The position numbers and the translations under genes were made by a program. Source: Balanoglossus misakiensis (lineage: Eukaryota > Animalia > Hemichordata). From it: 64,000 bases of DNA. The stretch spans positions 10,925,656 to 10,989,655 of the forward strand of contig CM082583.2 of the NCBI GenBank assembly GCA_040954595.2, written 5' to 3'. Each line of letters opens with the position of its first letter. Positions within the stretch are counted from its first letter, which is position 1. The notes beneath the pieces are model-generated. The model worked only from the letters and a program-made list of their open reading frames with translations, was not told where the DNA came from and ran no database searches. This document shows, piece after piece, positions 52,101 through 64,000 of the stretch.

Positions 52101-53464
52101 ATTTATTTCAATATGTATTTTCCGATTCAAATACAGCTCGCTTTGGCAGTAAATGATGTTTTACGTACTTACCAAGATCGACAGCAGCAGCTCACCTTAC
52201 TCCAGGTAATCTGCTTCTGCCAATTTTCTGTACGTCACCCCTGACATTTGATAAGAATATAAGCACAGCGTTTATATATTTTTTGTTGAGGTATGTTGCC
52301 TTGCTGTACAGGTAGCGTGGCCGAGTGGTCTAAGGCGCTGGTTTAAGGCACCAGTCATTTCGATGGCGTGGGTTCGAATCCCACCGCTGCCATGAATATT
52401 TTGCGCTTTAATTTTTGATGTTCATGGTACGTAATTAAAACACTGAGATACGTACTCACATCAGTAAATTTAAGCTTCTATACTAAACATGAAGATAATC
52501 AAATCTGTCTAAAGTTTTTTTTTTTTTACTTTTGTGATGATACAAATAAAAATGTTCCCATAAATATCATAACATATGTCAGGTTATTAACCAACTATGT
52601 TACAATACTGCTTTTAACCCACAGATGCGATTACAACTGCAATTAGAACGCAGTTTACTGTACCTTACCATCCAGCCAATCTCACGGGTGTTGCGTCGCC
52701 AATCGCGTGGTACAGGAGATGACGAGACGTCGATTTACTGTGATAGGGAGCTGAAAAGCAAATCTGTCTCTTGGTTCCAATGGGTGAGAACCGATTTCTT
52801 GTCTTTTTTCGCAGTCGGAAGTCATTTTTTCTTTCAAAATTTGATTGGAAGAAACGACATTGAGAAGTATGACGTCAGGACTTAAAGAATTGGCTTACAT
52901 TTTTGGTATATTTATCACGTGACAATTTGTCTGCGTTTAATACCGTGAAATGGTTTATGATTCGATATCGTTCTTGACAGTGTTTCAAGGGCAGTCCGAC
53001 GTTTGGAGATCATTTACAAGAAAAAGACATTCGAGACGAAATTAAAGGTTTGAAGGAAGAGCTGATATCACAGAAAATACAGTAAGTATATCTTTTTGAT
53101 CCTTTTTTCGTGCTTTCTTTGTCTTCAATCGGGGTTGTCATTTTTATTATTCGGATATTAAGATGTCATGCGAATCGGCAATAAACTTTAATTTTTCCAA
53201 AACTTAAAAATTTCAAAGTATATTACGTACACATTTTAGTACCACTTTGGCAGTAAGTAGCACTTGATTATCAACCCATAAGAAGGCCTACTAGTACAGG
53301 ATGCCATTCATACCACAGTCCCCCCAATAACAGACCAAATGCTTTGTTTGTTTAGTATTTCAGAGATGCTGGCCATTCTTCGTCGCCATTCCTCCAATCA
53401 GCCCTCCACTCCCAAGTTGAGATTTGCTGAATGGCCCCAGGCAAAGAACACGTCATCAGCGTGA
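46153..53464 (+). CDS. TRPA-family cation channel (TRPA1-like, divergent): about 12-13 ankyrin repeats, 6 TM segments, C-terminal coiled coil, more than 20 exons
   Basis: Ankyrin repeats (RTPLHLA, MTALHQAA, ETPLHIAA, NTPLHHAA, KNCLDIA). Linker IKYDFGYL and HDVIVKYLLSCWYKFG. S4-S5 QRLPIFGIY, GLGFAFYILL, pore MMFGEVNY, S6 SNIVLALAVNDV and post-S6 LQLQLERSL. The exons checked keep frame. Confidence 0.87.
52311..52392 (+). tRNA. tRNA-Leu (anticodon AAG), inside a TRPA-like intron (52207-52624)
   Basis: GGTAGCG...CGCTGCCA acceptor stem, A-box TGGCCGAGTGG, anticodon arm CTGGT-TTAAGGC-ACCAG, long variable arm, B-box GGTTCGAATCC, then TTTT at 52399-52402. Confidence 0.96.
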
Positions 53465-53652
53465 TCCGAATCAGATGCAATTTGGAACTTCCAGGTGAAG
53501 CAAAATACTCATTTCGTGGAAATGTCAGCAATTATGAAAGACAGGACTAGAAAATCTGACAAGTTTTGTATTTTGCCATACGTTTTAGGGGGTTTTAGTT
53601 TAGTATTTTTTCTGAATATCTAGCCAATTGGCGATTACCAGTAGCAAATTAA

Positions 53653-53706
53653 TGGCTTAGTTGGTTAAAGCACCTGTCTAATTAACAGGATATCCTGGGG
53701 TCGAAT
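53653..53706 (+). pseudogene. Decayed tRNA-Thr(AGT)-like fragment
   Basis: TGGCTTAGTTGGTTAAAGCACCTGTCTAATTAACAGGATATCCTGGGGTCGAAT follows the metazoan tRNA-Thr(AGT) core. The anticodon reads AAT, the B-box is mutated and both acceptor-stem strands are absent. Confidence 0.75.
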
Positions 53707-54056
53707 AGTCACATGCACATCCTTTAAAAGAAATAGTATTTATTTGATGATTATATTAGAAAATTTCATTTAGAGAATAAGTTTTACACATTCTCGTAGG
53801 TTTACAATTCTAAACCTCAGTTTTGGATGACTCGTACTGCCATATTGCATGTTTCTGAACTCAACAACCTTGGTGAGATATCAGATAGAGTTTCAAAAGT
53901 TTCAAAATAGATGAAAAGATACTATTTTGTTAGCAATCCCTGGGCAGCCTAAAGTGTCACACGAGGGCGCTCTACTTCCACCAGACCTCTATATACTGTT
54001 CTAAAAATATCCTGAATTGCATTGGGAACCTTGAGTTCAAACACCAGTAACCACTG

Positions 54057-59619
<5,563 letters not shown>

Positions 59620-59892
59620 TTTGGATGATTCTCGATAGCCGCTCAGACTTATGGGAAAATATGTTGTACTCACTTTTTAATAAGAAAATATCTCACCTTT
59701 CACAAAAATATCAGCTACAGTTGATTATGTTAATAATTTAAAAAAATGTTACGAAGAAATACATAGATATAGAAACAATTTTGACAGCTATTTTAACAAC
59801 AATTTTCTGCAGTGCTAGGGGGTCAGGACAAAATACGCTCTTTCTCAGTGAGTTACGTAGGCTGGGAGAGAGACACACGAATCGAGAAATAC
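59620..59892. promoter_or_regulatory. Bidirectional promoter between LONP1 and the C19orf25 homologue
   Basis: Head-to-head start codons about 270 bp apart. YY1-type CAAAATGGCG at the LONP1 ATG. Confidence 0.6.
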
Positions 59893-60589
59893 ATGACTGA
59901 AATCATGGCAAAACAAAAAGTTACAATGCCATTGCCAAAACGTCCTGAACCTCCTACTCTCGAAGAAATGTTGGAAGACATTGGGACGGCAACGGATGAT
60001 GACGTTGTGTTTACAATGTTTGCAGCTGGACAAAGCTCACCAAGCAGTAAGCCAATGAAAAACAGTCTTTCTCCAACATCATGGTCAAACTGGTTTTCCA
60101 GGCAGATGTCACCATGGATACGTGTATATATGGTGTCACACACCTGACCTGGTTACAGGTTGATCATAGGCTACACAGCAATGTTATATTTTATATAATA
60201 TAGGGATGAAATCAGGTTATAAGATGATTGATAGTGTACAGTAGTATATTCACTGACTGATCTGAATACTTAAATAGTTAAATCTGTGTTGTTTTCCCAT
60301 CTGTACTGCAGCACCATCGCCAACCAAGACTATGGGAATTATGAGTGATTCCTATGAGGAACCGTCACCCAGGCTACCACCATCAGACAGCCAAGATAGT
60401 ATATCGGCAGTCTCCGCAGACATTGATGCATGTTACATGAAGGCAAAGAAGTACATAGAAACTAACAAGTACCTTCAGAGTGCCAATGCCAACCTTGCAA
60501 AACAGTATGAAGACCTTCAAAACATGGGAAAGCATTTGACAGAGTCCATTGAACATTTACGGAAAGAAACTGCGAAAATTAAGAATTGA
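59893..60589 (+). CDS. C19orf25: UPF0449 protein (C19orf25 homologue); exons 59893-60046 and 60312-60589 (alternative ATG at 59905)
   Basis: LPKRPEPPTLEEMLEDIGTATDDDVVF matches the UPF0449 N-terminal motif (LPxRPxPPTxEQILED...DPVF). C-terminal coiled coil. The phase-1 intron joins in frame. Confidence 0.82.
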
Positions 60590-61256
60590 CATCCAAGACT
60601 ATCTTGTATATGTTCATGGAAATACATGTAACATATGGTAGTGTATGTATGGACTCAAGCTCCATACATTTTTGTGTCGTAAATGGGTATATGTTACATA
60701 TACCGATATATACTGAGACTTTCTGTAGTTCAATTACATGCTGACATATATTATATTGCAACATGAGAAGTAACTACATTCACAAACATTTTGTCATCTT
60801 TGTGCTGAGAATCGCTTGGAAGCAAAACAAGAGAAATCCACCCTACCAACAGTGGTGGCGTTCTCGGTTAGCTCCCTTATAACCCGATTCAGATTCAGAT
60901 TCTGGTTCACTGTACATCACAGGAAATGCTTGATTTATATTGAAGACTTTTGGTCGATGTGGACTAGGTCAGACATTATAGTCACCTATGGAAGGTATTT
61001 AGGCCAATTTCATGTTCTTTAGGCCTTTTTGGCCCCGTCAAATGTTGGGGAAATACCCTTCCAATACGAGTATGCGAAAACGAATTCGAATACGAAGATA
61101 ACCGTAACAGCTGGTAGGTGCACGTAGGTCGTAGGCTGACAGTCATGATTACTTAGTGTAGAATTTCGAAGACTGTCGATATTGTCGTTGCTTTAAAATG
61201 TTACGACAGTCTCCATACGGATTTCCTGTCCCCGCCTAGTCCCGTCGACTTCGACA

Positions 61257-64000
61257 ATGCCTGCTCCCAGCCCGGGAACCATGAATGAAGATGACATCAC
61301 GGAAGTTGAAGGGGATGTCGACAACGACATTCCTAAAGAGGACGAAAAAGCAGAAGAACCTCTTCTTCTTGGGAGAAGTGGAGACCCATCTCCTGGAGAC
61401 AGTGAAAGTAGTTTACCGGTAAAGAAAGACAGTACGAATAATAAGGATGGCGTCAACGAAGGAGATGAATCTTTTGAAGACCGTGAGTAACTTTCTCCAT
61501 GCTTTTTTTCAGTCTTCAGATGATGTAGTTTTGTTTACCGATACATGTACACGTGAGAGCAGTAGCATCTATTCTTGTAAACAAATATGTACATGGAAAT
61601 ATCAATCTGAGAATATCAAGTCTCAATTCTTAACAATTATTATTCATCTTTTTTATTACACAGCAAATGAAAGCAAGCAGAGTTGCATATCCCAGATTAA
61701 AAGTCCTGGGTTCATCATCTATTCCAGCCAAGCCTTATCAGCCTGGGTAAGAAATACAAATGCTTAAAAGTTATGAAAACATTTGATATGTTTTCTTTGC
61801 CAGATTGGCTGAACTACTACAATATGAAAAACTCACAGCTCATACCTTTCAGACAGCCAGTGTTAATAATACATTATATTGTGACAATGATATGCAAACT
61901 CCATTTCAGGGAGATCGTATGTGGACCTTTGCTGTGGGTCTTTACCTGGTAGCCATTGAGGTGGACTCCCTGAGGCTTACTGCTGTCTTCGGCCTGGTGA
62001 TCGGGTTATCGGCGCTGATGTGTGGCGCTATCATCGGTAACTGGATTGATGCAAACCCAAGACTTAGAGGTAAGATGGAAACTACATGTAGTTTTGAATT
62101 CATGTTTGCTTGTACTGACCGAAGCTACATGTTGCTAGACTCAAAACATGATGGAATATAGGTATGTTTTTTTAACATTTCATTTTTGTTTGCAGTGGTA
62201 AGGCTGTGCCTGCTGATCCAGAACACGTCTGTCATCGTATGCGCATGTTTGCTTGGCGTTCTGATCGTTTTCCAGTCGGAAATCCGAGCGATGTGGGGCG
62301 GTGGTCTGGCTACCATTCTACAGGCCGCCATCATCACGTTCGGGGCCATTGCTAATCTGGCGAGCATTGGGAACAAGATTTCAATACAGAAGGACTGGGT
62401 GGTTGTGGTTGCTGGGACCAACAAAGAAAAGCTAGCCAGTAAGTCAGTGGGTTATCAAAGTGTTTGAAAATGTATACACATGCATGCATTTGAGTTTTCA
62501 TGCAAAATTGCATCTTTGTGACTTCATCAGTGCTTGCTGTCTCTTCCATCAGATCTGAATGCAGTGATTCGCCGCATTGACCTGGCCATCAACATAGTGG
62601 CCCCAATTGTAGTCGGTCAGATAATGACCTTCGTGTCCATGCTGGCTGGGGCCATTTTCATTGCATCCTGGAATATTGTGTCAGGATTTGTGGAATACTA
62701 CCTTTTACTGGCAGTCTATAAGCAAGTGCCAGCTCTGGCAATCAAGAAGGATGACACATTCAGTGGTAAGTACATGATGGTATACTTTGGATGTGTTCTT
62801 TGATGGTATCATGCCCAGGACTTCTGTTAGTTATTAATGTATATACTCATTGCCTTCACACAGATAATGCTGATGAAATAGATGGTAGAGATTGCGAATT
62901 TGAAGAAATAAACCTTGATGACAAGACAGAGAAAGAGAAAGATGAGAATAGGGATAAGGGAGATGAGGAGACATATAACAAAGATGTGGAGAGTAAAGAT
63001 GAAGGAAACAAAGATGTGGAAGAAGAAAAGAAGACCAAGAAAACACCCCTGGTTCGTCAAATGTTTGGAGTTGTCCTAAATTTGGTGAATGGTTGGAAAG
63101 TGTACATGAGTTACCAAGTGTCATTTGCAGGTCTTGGTCTTGCTTTCCTTTATATGACTGTGCTGGGATTTGATTCCATAACCAATGGATATGCGTACTC
63201 CCAAGGAGTGCAGGAATGGCTGATTGGCGTGTTCCGTGGTGCCGGATCGATTTTCGGCATCCTGGGGACACTGCTGTTTCCCTTCCTGCGGAGGAAGATC
63301 GGATTGGAAAGGACTGGTCTGTGGGCGATTACAGAGCAGATGTCCTGTCTGGTGCTCTGCGTGGCCTGCATCTGGGTTCCCGGGAGCCCCTTCTTGAAGT
63401 TTGATCCCCAAGTGGATCAGAATGGTACCATGACAACAGTAGCCATGCCAACAGGTGCTGCCACTGTGCATGCCAACACTACTAGTGTTGTACCAGGCTC
63501 TGTTACATCAACAGAGTTGGCCTACATACACAGTGCACTCCATGAGAACGTCACTGCGCCCACCTTGACTCATGTTGTGCAAAAGATGAACAATGACACC
63601 TCTGACGTTGTCATTCTGTACAAGGAGTCAAACTCTTACATGTCCATAGCACTGTTCTTTACTGGCATTGTGTGTGCCAGACTTGGTAAGTCTCAAACTC
63701 AATCTCAAACTTTTGCAGTAATGTACATTACAAAATGTCACTTTTCATGATTTTTTCCTGCATAATTTGTAATTTATTTTCTGTGTTCGTTCTTAGGTCT
63801 GTGGATGTTTGACCTCTCAGTGACCCAGCTCTTGCAAGAGAACGTCAAGGAGACACAACGAGGTGTTGTCAGTGGCGTGCAGAGTTCTCTGAACAACCTC
63901 ATGAACATGCTCCACTTTGTGTTAGTCATCATCGCTCCGAAGCCAGAGACGTTTGGATTCCTCATCATGGTGTCGTTTTTGTTCGTCTCTACGGGAGCGA
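61257..64000 (+). CDS. SLC40A1: Ferroportin, 3' truncated by the window end; exons 61257-61483, 61664-61746, 61910-62069, 62196-62438, 62553-62765, 62864-63684, 63798 to beyond 64000
   Basis: LSAWGDRMW, IGNWIDANPRL, LLIQNTSV, IQKDWVVVVAG, NAVIRRID, LAFLYMTVLGFD, ARLGLWMFDLSVTQLLQENV and RGVVSGVQSSLN. Confidence 0.95.

Noticed and set aside
60840-61256. Canonical iron-responsive element before ferroportin
   Set aside because: The CAGTG at ~60850 has no 5-bp upper stem or C bulge, and I found no other CAGUGN hairpin.

Overview
This is eukaryotic (animal) genomic DNA with compact GT-AG intron/exon genes. Gene content and protein similarity suggest an invertebrate deuterostome, which is an inference. 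Hand-spliced models give these genes in order: SLC10-family Na+/bile-acid cotransporter (+), SRFBP1 (-), RASA1/p120RasGAP (+), HAUS1 (+), an unrecognised 7-exon gene (-), MAP2K5/MEK5 (+), a divergent TRPA-family ankyrin channel (+), LONP1 (-), a C19orf25/UPF0449 homologue (+) and ferroportin SLC40A1 (+, runs off the end). A 14.8-kb MAP2K5 intron hosts an antisense collagen-C1q gene. The TRPA gene carries an intronic tRNA-Leu(AAG) and is followed by a decayed tRNA-Thr fragment. The top finding concerns the nested C1q gene. Its stop (TGA-CAA-CTT) is followed in frame by 110 open codons encoding a Ser/Thr-rich stalk with frame-preserving 18-bp repeats and a GPI-signal/TM-like tail, a candidate stop-codon-readthrough switch between secreted and membrane-anchored forms. 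Exon boundaries were read by eye, comparisons with human proteins are from memory, and no database search was run.
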